DNA of 64,000 nt from Enoplolaimus lenunculus (Eukaryota), in NCBI GenBank assembly GCA_030248215.1, contig JASANG010002570.1, positions 1-64,000 on the forward strand, given 5' to 3'. Positions within the stretch are counted from its first letter, which is position 1, and every line of letters begins with the position of its first letter. Made by a program: the position numbers and the translations under genes. A model generated the notes under the pieces. It was not told where the DNA came from, ran no database searches, and saw only the letters and a program-made list of their open reading frames with translations. This document shows, piece by piece, positions 10,304 to 23,206 of the stretch.

Positions 10304-11153
10304 ATTGTCAAAATTACTGCAAATTGCAATATTTCAACCCCAACGTCTTTAAGTTAAAATACACTAATCTTTTTCTTCATGTTTGTTTGTTCGTTTGTTT
10401 GTTTGTCTGTGTGCTTGTTTGTTTAGTTGTTTGTTTGTTTATTCTATCAAAAATCGCTGAAACGATGCTTAAGTTATGTATCATTGTAAAGTACGACCAC
10501 GTTCACCAGTTTGTTGGTTCAAAAATCTACTGGCATAGTTGCTAATCATATGCGAATGACAGCTATTACCAAAGCAATATAAACTTTATTTGGTGCAATG
10601 TGCCAAAACTTAGTTGTACTGAAACTGGTATCGCGACAATTCATCGCCTATTATTATGCTTAGAGTTACCTTGTAGGATTACGATTAACCCTTAAGATTA
10701 TACTTTAGGCTTATGCTTTGGCTTAACCCAGATCTACCCAAATCAGACGATTTGAATGGCACCGCAATACCTGTTTGGATTGCTTGTATGCCATTATCAA
10801 GTGAAATAAGCAAATACTTTTCAGAATTGTGCAATATGGACCATTTTACATTGACTTTTTACGCTGTCAGTTTAAACTGGCATCAGGAGGATCTGGGACC
10901 ATGTTCCAGCGTTAAGGACACTGTTTAGGCGACCCAGTTGTCCGGCGACACATTGTCATAGACTTCTGCAATCTTGACTCTCTTTGAATTCAATAGCGTA
11001 TAGAGAAATATGCAACAAGCTTACAAAATCATTATTGGTAATTTTAGCATCAGTGTATACTGTATAAAATTACAGGGATTGATTCTTGCTAACCTAAGGA
11101 TTACAAACGGGATGCATCGCGTGGTCCACGTTAATTAGTTGCAAGCTCCCTTA

Positions 11154-11590
11154 CGGTTGCGCTATACACTTGTTAACGGCCGGCGACCGCTGTCCGTCAC
11201 CCGTCCGTCACCATGCGTCACCCGTATACGGCGCCTTCCGTCCGTCCAGCGCCGTTCGTCACTATACGCCATACGGTATCATACGTATGTAGTTTGCGTA
11301 CGATAAGGATGGCGCTATACTCGTACTGCGGTGCTGTCCGTCACCGTCGGGCGCCATCCGTCCCCGGACGTTATCGTACGCAAATTACACGCGTATGATA
11401 CCGTATAGTGCCGGCCGGTGATGGACGTCAGCAGAAGTATAGCGCAACCCTAACGTACAGTGACAGACGTCGCCGAACGGGTGACAGACAGTGACGAACG
11501 GCGGCGGACGATGACGGACGGCGCCGTACGAGTGACGGACAGTGCCGTACATGTGACGGACGGCGCTGCACGACGAGTATAGCATAACGC
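11154..11590. mobile_element. Tourist/Harbinger-like GC-rich MITE with a same-family copy nested at 11307-11450
   Basis: TIR (G)GGTTGCGCTATAC; inner copy flanked by TAA on both sides; CCGTC/GACGG subterminal repeats. Relatives at 4108-4190, 44190-44426, 59416-59779 and 62095-62229. Confidence 0.8.
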
Positions 11591-11610
11591 TCAGCCTAAA
11601 CTTAAACCTA

Positions 11611-12014
11611 GGCCCATATTCTCAAATATGTATAGCGTCTATCATCAGTTAGTAATAGGTATTCAAACTGACTAACTATTTCAGTAGTTAAGTTCAAAAC
11701 TGGCGCATTATTAGAGAAAATCATACGCAAAAAATGTGGAATTTTGAGCCTGATCATTCACTGGTTTGACAATTAACACACCTATCGCCAACCGGTGATA
11801 GGTGCTAAAAACGCGTGTAGCACTTATCATTAGTTAGCGATAGGTCTTGTAGTTTTCGAACCAGTGAATACTGAGGCTTAAAATTCAGTACACTTTTTGC
11901 ATGATTTGCTCTGCGCCTGTATCAATTTTGAGTTGAACAACTGCAATAGTTAGTGAGTTTAAAAACCTATTACTAACTGGTGATAGTTGTTATACAAATT
12001 TAATACTATAGACC
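11611..12014. mobile_element. Palindromic MITE (GGCCCATATTCTC family)
   Basis: Imperfect inverted arms over most of the element; matches 1-110. Confidence 0.7.
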
Positions 12015-12751
12015 ATAAGCCTAACTTGCCCGTTCGTAAGATTCCCAGCGTCAATGTTTCCCAGTAGAAGGCCCCGATAAGCATGATGTGCGTATCTTGG
12101 GACTCTTCCTTAAAGTGCACCCCGTAGTAAATTGATGGATCACAAACCTGTATGTATTTTTACTAAATATCAGGAATAATGGCACATCAGACCAGGCTAA
12201 GATCCTCAAAACGTTTATTATGATCAGTAATTTTGTAAATGTTAAGTGTAAGCCAAACACTCCCATACGCCAATGCTCACAGAGAATAGCTGTCATGAGA
12301 TGCTATGAATTTGCCGGGGCTAAACGTAACGTATTTCAGAAATTTAGGCCACGTTGATCCACTTTTCGGACTCAAATTTTTGATACGTGAACGTTTAGCA
12401 ATAACAAAAATGATTTTTTGAGTCTGATTCGAGAGCAGGGTTTCATTGCCGTGTGGAATTCGCATCCAAGTGCATAAGTTTTTAGTTTTTGAGACAATCG
12501 TAGAATTTTGAAAATCCGTTGCAAAAATTTTGTTTATTTCGATCCAAAGTTCATAGTCGAAATTCTAAAATTATATTAAATTTTAAGATTTTAAAATTAA
12601 AATATTTCCATTCTCGCGTTATTAACGTTTGCAGAAATGTGCAAATTCGTGACAGTAAACCGCTATAAATACTGAATATAATACATTTAATATTACTTGT
12701 CAACTTGAATTCTGCAAACTCTCGTTTGATTTCTTGATTAAGTTATTGTTT

Positions 12752-12782
<31 letters not shown>
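12752..12782. repeat. (TTG)n microsatellite
   Basis: Direct inspection. Confidence 0.9.
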
Positions 12783-14951
12783 AAATCGGAATAAAATTTC
12801 TTAATTTCATAAGATTCCAAACAACTCTTAATAATGGGTTTGGTTGGAGGTAATCAAATAGTTTAACTCTGAATGGTACTGTGTTAACAATGAAGTAGTT
12901 TCTGAGCATTTTTTGGTAATCCTTACAACTGTTCAGGCCCACGTTACTTTTAGAGGCGTCCAGATTTGTGGTGGGTCTATAAAGAGTAAGTTTAGATTCT
13001 AGATTACATTTTTTGTTTAGGTTTAGGCTTAGGAATACGCTTTTGCAAACCTTAGGCTTAATCTTACGCTTAGCAATACGCTTAATGTACTGTTATGCGG
13101 GGTTCACGTTATAGCTGGGACACCATGGAACACGATTTGTCCTATGACTATAGCTGGTAACATTTTATCTTACCGGTTACCCGCTATCAGATTCAAAAAA
13201 TTTGAATTGTCTGCTATCCTGATGTGACATCTACTGTTCGTACAGCAATATCATATGCTATTCCAAATAACGTCTGCGAGTATCATATGATATGTTTGAA
13301 AATGTCAGCAAAGTTGTGGTAAACTAGCTTGATTGTCCTGTAGAATGTCATATGATACCAAAATTTGAAATTTAAATTATTTATACTTAGGAATATATTT
13401 TTGGAAAAATTCAGCGACAAACAAAAAACGTAGAAGCTAATTCAACTTTCGAAATCATTTAATGCTGCATTGTCTGACATTTTGCTGTTATATATCATAT
13501 GATATTTAGTAGAATTTTGGAATATCACATAATATTCGCATAAATGTCTCGCAGTATACTGTAGTGACCCGAATAAGAATGGGGAGGGCTGATATTTATT
13601 TGGCCTATCCAGTGGGTATCCCCTGTTATTCGGTTACGGACTATAGAGTTCTGAGTTCTGAAGAACCTAATTCAGAGCTCAGACCTCTGAGTGGATTTTA
13701 ACTCATTCTGAACTAAAATCAACTCACTGAAATTTACAGTGTAATAGACAGTCCTTACCATAGGTTCGCTTTTCGTGCAATCTCTCCCGGTCCAGGTTTT
13801 CATATCAAAAATTTCCCTTGTACCTTCTTCGATTTAATTTTATACGTTTTGTAATATTACTGCAAGATGTTGCAACTTGCAGTAAATATTGCATTGCAAT
13901 TCTTGAGTGAACACTGCAAAAAATGGTGAGTCAAATTGACTCTCTCCGAAATAAGCTTTTCCGGCCCACACAAACTGAGTGAAATTTTGACTCACCGTTT
14001 TTTGCAGTGAACTAATGTGTTTAAAAATACTGCAGATTGTAGCTATAGATCCGACATACCGGATAGGCTATGAAGTAAAAACTAGTTGGAAGAAAAATTA
14101 TTCAGCAAAGCTTTAAACTTTCATACCTCTCGTCTACGACTCTATGGCCAGATCTCAGCATTGAAGCGCGGGTAAAGTGCTAACAACACTAGCTATGTTA
14201 TTTATCTGGTAGACGGATGCCATATTAATAAGCAATTAAAATCAGGATGTTTTCGGCGAAATTTATTCATCCGGAAAATTAGCACAAGTTTCAAATGCAA
14301 CACCGGTTCGTGGTTTAATGTCTGAGAGATAAACCGAGTTGCCTTTTGATATTTGCTACATTCAAAGCTTAGGCTCGTAGCCAGCTCACCTTGCTAGGGG
14401 GGCTAGAAATTTCTCCGGAGAGGCATTCAAGGGTTTTCACTGACTTACAAACAAGGTTGAAAATTTTCTAGGCGGACTGAGCCCCCGTGGCTCGCGGCCT
14501 GGGTTGCGGGTACGATTCGGTGTAATTTACTTTGGGTGTATTTATTGCGAGTAATGCTGATTCGCAGTACTGGTGCCGGGTGAGATCAGGAGGCCCTAAA
14601 TGGATTATTTCCGTTTTTCGCAGTAAATTTACTATTGTTTACAAAACATTTTGCTCAGAGGATGCTGTTGATAAGAACCTACATTAGGCTGGCCCATGCA
14701 AAGAACAGGGAGAGCCCGTTTTCAAACGGGATATCAATAGAACAAGCTTAAGCTTCAGACTAATTTTGTTGCGTAAGATTAGGCTTGGCTTAGGCTTATC
14801 TTTTAACGGTTAGGCTTAGGCTTAGGAATATGCTTATACGACGATTCCGGTCCTATTCTATGACATTGGCCATTCGTTTAAGTATAAAAAAGCAAGTTGA
14901 CAATTATATTATCGAGTGCGATTTAAAGAAATCGCTGCGCGTCTCTGTTAA

Positions 14952-15206
14952 CCCTTTCACTCATAGAGTATACTATGATCAACTAAATACAAATAATACA
15001 GGTACGATCAATACACACTGTGAGCAAAATTTAACAATTCTGTGCGCAGTACAAAATCTCCACAAGACGTGAACCCTCGGACTCCAGCGTCAAGTTCATA
15101 TAGCTCAGTGGTCATCGTAAACGCCCCTCACCCGCGAGACTGGGGATCGAATGTTACCTTGAAATTACATCTCATATGAAATTGAAAATATTCAAGTGAG
15201 AAAGGG
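14952..15206 (+). mobile_element. piggyBac-like TTAA MITE, subfamily 2, with tRNA-derived segment
   Basis: ttaa|ccctttcactc ... gtgagaaaggg|ttaa; A box tagctcagtgg, degenerate B box ggatcgaat. Confidence 0.8.
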
Positions 15207-15480
15207 TTAATACGTGAATACCGGATCACACGCTGTTTTGAATATCAGCTGTACTTAAAGAATCGCTCAGTTTTTGAAACTGACAAGTACTTTTGCCACA
15301 TTTGCGCAAAATTTTAAAAATCCCAATCAATATTTGCATACCTCAATTTTGATTGGCAGAAAATTAATTTATCTTTGAAAATTTATTATACAATAAAATT
15401 TTCGTTTTTACATTCCGGCTGTCAGTCTAGATAGGACCCGGGACATAAAAACTTTGGACTAAACAGCTGGAAAAGCGGCC

Positions 15481-15551
15481 TCCGGAGCGGGGATCGAACA
15501 CTCGGCCTACGGATCCTTAAGCGAACACTCTGCCACTGGGCCACGCAGCTC
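15481..15551 (-). mobile_element. tRNA-derived SINE-like head or tRNA pseudogene
   Basis: Minus strand gagctgcgTGGCCCAGTGGcagagt...gtGTTCGATCCCc shows A and B boxes at tRNA spacing; cloverleaf imperfect. Confidence 0.55.
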
Positions 15552-15886
15552 ACCTGTGCAACTGCATTTTTGTCGACTATAGATTATCCGTTTCTGTTAT
15601 TTTTACTATCCGCATAAGTTCAAGTTTTATGGCTCATGTATAAACCTGACCGTTGCAAGACAGAGAGACAGCGGGACGAAGGGTATGATAAACTTAGGCT
15701 TAGGCTTGAGCTTAAGATTAGGCGTATGTTTAAGCTTACGCTAACGCTTAGACGTAGGTTTGGATATAAGTGTATCCTTAGCTATCTTACGCGTAGGATT
15801 GGGTTAGTGCAAGCTTTTGTACCGACTAAGACGTCCGCTAGCCTGGAAATATTGACGAAATTAACTTTGAAATCGCAAAAAGCTTC

Positions 15887-18462
15887 GGCCCACGTAAAGA
15901 TCGGGGGCGGAGAGTTTCACACTGTGGGACTGTAATAGAGTAAGCTTAAGCTTTAGACTAATGTTTTTGCTTGTCTTAGGCTTAGACTTAGGCTTAGGAG
16001 TAAAGGCCAATGTATAGCGCAGGGGCTTCCAGTTTTCCACGGTGGAAAACTTATAACCAGGAGTGCAGCGCAGCCACTCCTGTATGACGGCTAAATTTTC
16101 CGCTGATTTGGTAGGAAAATTATTAATGCCTAGATTTTACCCTGGGTTGGTAGGGAAATCTGAAGCATGGGTTTTGGTTGGAAAACGGGAAAAGTGGAAA
16201 ATTCTAATGCCTAGATTTTCCCTTGGGTAGGTAGGGAAAATCTGAAGCATATGTTTTGGTTGGAAAACGGGAAAACTGGAAAATTCAAATGCCTAGATTT
16301 TCCCCTGGGTTTGTAGGGAAAATCTGAAGCATAGGTTTTGGTTGGAAAACGGGAAAAGTGGAAAATTAGAATGCCTAGATTTTACCCTGGGTTGGTAGGG
16401 AAATCTGAAGCATGGGTTTTGGTTGGAAAACGGGAAAAGGAAACACCCAAAGCATAGGTTTTGGTTGGAAAACGGGAAAAGTGGAAAATTTAAAGGCCTA
16501 GATTTACCTTCGGTTGGTAGGGAAAATCTGAAGCATTGGTTTTGGTTGGAAAATGGGAAAAGTGGAAAATTTAAAGGCCTAGATTTACCTTAGGTTGGTA
16601 GGGAAAATATGAAGCATAGGTTTTGGTTGGAAAATGGGAAAAGAGGAAAATTTAAAGGCCTAAATTTAGCTTCTTGGTAGGGAAAATCTGAAGCGTGGGT
16701 TTTGGTTGAAAAACGGGAAAGGTGGAAAATTTAAAGGCCTAGATTTACCCTGGGTTGGTGGGGAATATCTGAAGCATAGGTTTTGGTTGGAAACGGGAAA
16801 AGTTGAAAATTTTAATGCATAGATTCACCTTAGGTTGGTAGGGAAAATATGAAGCATAGGTTTTGGTTGAAAAATGGGAAAAGTGGAAAATTTAAACGCC
16901 TAGATTTACCCTGGGTTGGAAGTCAGCGACGACCAAATTTGATATATTTAGTTTTGCTCGGCTTTCCGGCCATTAGCCAACAACGTCTTTAAAACAAATT
17001 AAAACTTTTTTACAACCTTAAGCGTCACTCAAAGCGTCGACTTTGTTAACAGACTTATGTTCTGATAATACTGGGCCACTCGGTGGTATCTTGTTTTGAC
17101 CAATCTTGTGCTGGGACAATCATAATCTGATATATTTAATAGTCATGTATTATTTCGGGTAAATGCTCTGCTCATTTAGGTTTAACTGTGTAAAGTAGAT
17201 TTTGTTCATTGCAGTGTTCCGCTCCGCGGTTTCTTGTTTTGACCAGTGTCGAAATATATTGCCTGTTAGTTTGTAGGATGCAACCGGAGGTGAAAAATGC
17301 CAGATCCGGAGCCGGAAGTGAACAAAAGTAGCCGGAACCGGAGATGATGCCGCAGGTGAGGTGAAATCAGGTCGTTGAAATGATATTTAACTTGTTAATT
17401 TTAGCAAATATCTGCTATGTGTTGTTAGATCGTTCCATTGGAATTTTCTACTTTTCCCATTTTCCAAACAAAACCTATGCTGTAGATTCTCCCTTCCAAC
17501 CAAGGGGAAATCTAGACGTAGAAATTTTCCACTTTTCCCGTTTTAAAAACAAAACCAATGCTTCAGAATTACCAACCCAGGGTAAATTTAGGCGTTTAAA
17601 TTTTCCAATTTTCCGTTTTCCAACCAAAACCTATGCTTACGCGTTTAAATTTTCCACTTTTCCCGTTTTCCAACCAAAACCTATGCTTCAAATTTTCCCT
17701 ACCAACCCAGGAATAATGTAAGCTTTTAAAATTTCCACTTTTCCCGTTTTCCAAACAAACTTTTACACTACAGATTTTCCCTACCAACCAAGGGAAAATC
17801 TAGGCGTTTAAATTTTCCACTTTTCCAGTTTTCCAACCAAAACCTATGCTTCAAATTTTGCCTACCAACCCAAGAATAATGTAAGCTTTTAAAATTTCCA
17901 CTTTTCCCGTTTTCCAAACAAACTTTTACACTACAGATTTTCCCTACCAACCAAGGGAAAATCAAGGCGTTTAAATTTTCCAATTTTCCCGTTTTCCAAC
18001 CAAAACCTATGCTGCAGATTTTCCCTACCAACCAAGGGAAAATCTAGGCGTTTAAATTTTCCACTTTTCCCGTTTTCCAACCAAAACCTATGCTTCAAAT
18101 TTTCCCTACCAACCCAGGAATAATGTAACTTTTAAATTTTCCACTTTTCCCGTTTTCCAAACAAACTTTACAGTACAGATTTTCCCTACAGAACCAGGGA
18201 ATATGCAGGCTTATGAATTTTCCACTTTTCCACAGCAAAACCTATGCCCGCGATTTTTCCTACCAACCAGTGAAAAATCAGGTCGTCATACAAGAGTAGC
18301 TGCGATGCACTCCTGCTCGTAAGTTTTCCACCCTGGAAAACTGGAAGCCCCTGATCTATACATGGGCCGGAGTAAACTCATTCTTACGCGTAGGTTTAGG
18401 CTTACGCTTAGGCTTAGGAATATGCTTATAATACTGTTCCGCCCCTGTTCTTTACATTGGCC
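15887..18462. mobile_element. TTAGGC-MITE subfamily B split by a foldback insertion
   Basis: Perfect TSD aaagcttc at 15879-15886 and 18463-18470. Confidence 0.9.
16005..18368. mobile_element. Foldback-type non-autonomous DNA transposon, 2364 bp
   Basis: Perfect TSD ggagtaaa; ~110-bp outer TIR starting ggccaatgtatag; about 10 copies of an ~81-bp unit in each arm, in opposite orientation; ~520-bp non-coding loop. Confidence 0.92.
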
Positions 18463-18935
18463 AAAGCTTCTAACAAAATGACAATTTATGAAACCAAATA
18501 TATACACTGTAAACATTTAATGACCCTATTAAAGTTTACGACTTATTTATTCATTGGGTTCAGATATGGTTTCAGTTCGGTAATGACTCAAGTGTTTCGT
18601 TGTGTTTATACTGATTGACAGCGGACTTTGAAATAGACAAAGTGATAACTTTCAACTATAACTTTACAACTTTGGGCCGAAGCTGATAATTTCAAACCGC
18701 TCCGATTGCTTTTCTGACGCAGGCATCTGCGGATGGAGGGGTATGTGCGTCGGGCTGGCTGGCCACTATTCTGATGCAAGGTCGTAGAAGCCAAGAACGT
18801 ACCGTATAGGCTTAGGCTTAGGATTAGAAATATGGTTGTACTACTGTTACGACCCTGTTCTATACATTGGCCTTTGTGGTGAGAGAAATGTTTCTGCTGC
18901 GTCGAATGAGATACAAAAATTCCCACTGTTGTTAA

Positions 18936-19864
18936 CCCCTTCTCACATTGAGTTGCCTGTAGGCAACTAAGCGCAGTGTATATACGCTAAATAGTATATA
19001 TCGCACCGTGTTTATCAATTGCAACACGTATACATAGTACTAAACACCACAAGACGTGAGAGCCCCCTCGGGCTCGAGCGTCAAGCTCCTATAGCTGAGT
19101 GGTGATGGTATCCCACTCCAGTCACTGGAGTTCGAATCCTAGCATAAAAGTAATGCGTACTCCACAATATCGCGTGTACACCGTGTGGAAAAATGCATCG
19201 GCTATTGACGCTTGCCTATTGCTAGGTTTTCGAAAATTTTCAAACGACAACTACTTATTTTAGAAATTACAAGTAGTCGTCTTTGAAAAATTATTTTAAC
19301 AAAGCTCGTATTTCAAAATAAAACGCGATTTTATTCCTTGTTTAAAAACACCTACTGTTTAAAACGAGTGACGCCCTAATACACACTCGTGAAAATTGAA
19401 AATATAGTAGTTGTCGTTTTTTGGTATTTGATGTGTACCTATCGACGCTTGCCTGAAATATTTTTTCATTCACATTTCATAGTAAAAATCGTAAAAATCA
19501 GTTGCTATGAAATTCTGTAAGCAGCAAACGACAGCTACTATGTTTCATGAATTGAGCAAACGACAGCTACTATGTTTCATGAATTGAGCAAACGACAGCT
19601 ACCAGTGTTTTTGAAGATCGTCAATAACGGCTCCTAAATTTGTTAAAATTGCAATCTACGCTTAGTAATATTCGATTATTTGGATGCTGTACTTGGTTTT
19701 TTAAAATTTTGAAACTTTGAAATTTAAGGACGTGCTACTTGCTGTTTTTAAATTAGCGTAAGTCGTCGTCAATTGCTGATGCATTTTTCCACACGGTGTG
19801 CACGAGATATTGTGGAGCACGCATAAGTCTCAGGGTAAATAGAAAATATTCATGTGAGAAAGGG
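18936..19864 (+). mobile_element. piggyBac-like tRNA-bearing MITE interrupted by a 670-bp element
   Basis: TTAA on both sides; colinear with 6222-6484 once 19154-19826 is removed. Confidence 0.85.
19154..19823. mobile_element. TIR element with TAA TSD (PIF/Harbinger-like target)
   Basis: ~46-bp TIR tgcgtactccacaatatcgcgtgtacaccgtgtggaaaaatgcatc; taa on both sides; internal 33-bp tandem at 19523-19602. Confidence 0.85.
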
Positions 19865-21579
19865 TTAATCCTCTTGCGTGGACAATTAAGAATGTCTGGT
19901 TGAGCGGCTTCTGGGTGCACGAATCATAAATACTAAAATCTCGTTAACTGCTACGATTTTGACTTCAGAAGCGTGCCACATTTGTTTTGTAGTTTGCACC
20001 CTTGGTATACTTACTTTTAGGGCCGTCCCGTTCTCTGGTGGGATTGCAAAAGAGTAGGTTTCAATTTTAGACTATATTTTTGCTTAGGTTCAGGAATATG
20101 TTTAATCTAGAGTTACGACCCTAAAAGTAACATTGATCCATCGCATTATAAGCATGCAAACTTGCTGCATATAAGCTCGTAAGCCAGCTTACTGCACAGC
20201 TTTGAGCCGGCACTAGTGTTTGTTTATTTCTCTCGTTTTAATTATTAGTCAAATTTTAATAATTGAATTTAGACTTTTGAGCAATATTGGCGATAGAATC
20301 AGATCCTATTTGTCTATGGCAGCAATTAATTTATCCCTCTGGGCCTGGCGTCGGGCGTCCAACTGTGAACCATGTTTGCTTGTTTTGGCAATAAAGTGGA
20401 AATTTCAACGTCTTAGACTAATCAAATGTGATTTTATTGAGTTTTTAGACTATTTTAAGTTCTTTTTGTTAGCCGCCCCTGAGCGGTGTAGTAGAGGTAA
20501 CACTGGAATTCGTCGTGCAACAACTTGCAATCAGAAATTTTGTGCATTCGACTGCAGTTTGGGGGCCATGATTATGCTTAACATTTTGGATGACGATTAG
20601 GCTGAAGGATTGGGCTTAAGCTTAGGCTTCGAATATTGGCGGGCGAGAATTTGTGTCGACGAATTGTAAAGTTGGTGGAGTGAGACTTTAGTCGCAATGA
20701 ATTTAGTTTTGCATGTACCTTGATTTGTTAGCTCATCATTTCTGAATTAAAGTTGTGGCAGGAGTGTAAGCTTGGAATTCAAAAGTTGAAATTTTTTGCA
20801 ACCAGCAAAATATCGGTTATTTTGTTGCTCTTAAAATCTGTTTCAGATTCGTCTATCAGTAAAATTTTGAAAAATGAAATTTGATTAAAAAATTCAAAAG
20901 TGAAAACTCGCAGGTTTGCAATAATTTTAAATTTATGCAAAAGTTTGAAAGATGAGAAAAAAATTGAAAACCCAACCAACACCAGCTGCTATTTTTCAAA
21001 ATCAGTTTCGTTCAGACTCCTTTAACGTCTGGTAAAGTTGAAACTTTAGATTTCGTCTAAAAATAGACATTTTATTAAAAAATGTAATTGGCTGATGTAT
21101 AAATCATTATTTTGAGCCTTAATATGGTCTGGTTCCTACCCCAACCAAGAATTGTTTCCCATCACTGGCCCAGGTAAAGCTCAGGAGGAACATTATTTAG
21201 TGGAACTGCTACAAAATAAAGCTTAAGTTTTACATTATTTTTTTGCTTTGCTCAGGCTTAGGCTTAGGATTATGCTTGTTTGTTACGGCCCTGTTATTCA
21301 CGTTGGCGCTATTACTTTCGTGTTTTTATTTTAACGAGTATTTTAGCTATAATTTTTGATAGTTAAAGCTTAGTACAAAGTTAGCAAAGGAGCAAAATTC
21401 GATGTATTTTTTGTTGTATCCGTGTCATATTTCTCAACCATTCCCCGCTATAAAATAGTCGTTGATGAAAGCTTCAGATGAACAACTTGCAGAGTAAAAA
21501 TTTTCAGCACGGCAAAAGCTATTTTTGGTGTAACCAACACTAGGCTAATGGCCGATACATGAGAGCAGCGGGGTAATTT

Positions 21580-21868
21580 CAGTAACGGATCCAGAGGGGG
21601 GGCGTACGCCCACCCGTCAGAATTTTTTTGTGTTAAAATGGTAAGGTCTCTCTGCCTTACAATTTTTTCCCACAGAATTTTTTTTGGAAAAAACACAATT
21701 TTTACAGCAGAATTTTTTGTGATAAAATGGTCAGGTTCCTACTTATCGATTTTTCGTCCTTAGAGATATTTAGGTGATAAAATAATAAGGTTCCTACCTT
21801 ACAATTTTAGCGTTTCATAACATTTTCCAGCCCGCTAGCCAAGTCAAAAATTTTCGCATCCGCTTTTG
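21580..21868. mobile_element. hAT-like MITE family H2 (CAGTGGCGGATCC TIR)
   Basis: TSD ggtaattt/ggtaaatt. Relatives near 23873-24161, 29122-29304, 38616-38885, 39307-39585, 40889-41062, 42636-42890 and 57040-57287. Confidence 0.75.
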
Positions 21869-21930
21869 GGTAAATTACAAATGAAATGTCAGCTTTTTGA
21901 CCATTCAACAGGATGTCTGATCCAAAATTT

Positions 21931-22132
21931 GGCCCATGTATACAGCAGGGCCGGATCGTTTTCCGGAGGAGCTATAATAGAGTCAGTTTAAGCTTTAGAC
22001 TATTTTTTTGCTTATGCTTCTTCTTACGCTTAGGCTTAGGCTTAGGAATAGGCTCATCCATACGCTTAGGCTTAGGTTTAGGCTTAGGAATATGCTTATA
22101 CTACTGGTGTGGCCCTGTTCTATACATGGGCC
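21931..22132. mobile_element. TTAGGC-MITE subfamily A
   Basis: Perfect TSD caaaattt. Confidence 0.9.
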
Positions 22133-22822
22133 CAAAATTTCAACGCCAAATTTATCTCATTAGACGTATTATTCTCGCTCAAGGGTGTGTAATCATTACG
22201 ACAACGAAAGCGAAATTCACTTTGCCAACAGAGCGTCGTAAATTTGAGTTGTGGTTGGTGGGGATAGGACGATTTGAAGGTATAGTTTCAAATTATGTAC
22301 GGTACAAAACGTGGCCCCAACAACTTTGCTCCCCTACTAAAGACAGAACCTGGTAAGAAAAAATTCTAGAAGCCGAATTAAAACCCTGCCTACACCCCCG
22401 GTGACCTTGGATAAGACACGCCAGAGAGATAATAATAATATGTCTTTGGAACGAAATCTCAATGATACAGTGGCGTTTATGTAATACCGAGACAGGCGTA
22501 TAGACTATTTGCCGGTCAGACTGACCAGAGGCTACTTGCTATATCCGGCTTAATTAGTACATACAGCGTGGACGTTTGGACAAGGAGCACATTCTTACAA
22601 AGGTAAATTCAGTTTAGATTTTTAACTGAACTATAATGTCCATGTTCTATACATGAGCCCAGCCGTGAAACCAGGTAATTTTACGAAAAGTGCAAGAGAA
22701 TTTCTTGTAGGGAATGGAAATTTGGCTGACATAAAATTGTTTCAATCGCATTGGGTTAAATTGTAATATTGGGTTTCGGTTTAGGCGTAGGTTTAGGTTA
22801 AATTTAGGCTGACAGGCTCTTG

Positions 22823-23206
22823 CAGGGTGCAACCGAAGGAGAATAATACCGGAACTGGAAGTCAACAGAGTTATTCGGAACCGGAGATGAAGTCGAGATG
22901 AGGGGAAATTAGGCACTTAAAATGATGCTTTTAGTTTTCTAATTTTAGCAAATATCTGTAAAGTGTTGTTTAATCTTTTGGTTTTACATTAATTTTTTAT
23001 GTAATCTTGGCAATTTTTCACTCAAAATTGTATCAAATCATTATTATTATATTAAAACAAAACGCACCAAACAAATAAATTTTGTAAAACTATATGCAAA
23101 ATTTCGCTATAGAAATTGCCGGTGCCTCCGGCAAAAATTCTTCCGGAGTCAGAGCCGGAGGTCGATTTTCTGCCGGAGCCGAAATCAGACATCCGGTTGC
23201 ACCCTG
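22823..23206. mobile_element. hAT-like MITE (CAGGGTGCAACC TIR)
   Basis: TIR cagggtgcaaccg / cggttgcaccctg; TSD ggctcttg/tactcttg; CCGGA subterminal repeats. Partial copy at 17275-17435. Confidence 0.8.

Noticed and set aside
16100..18270. Regular repeats as a CRISPR array (also 37086-37779)
   Set aside because: No unique spacers and no cas genes; these are whole-unit tandem repeats in eukaryotic DNA.
14568..20507. Micro-exon candidates (YWCR, ASADGG, PPLSGVVE)
   Set aside because: Short AG..GT pairs are expected by chance; no coherent model.
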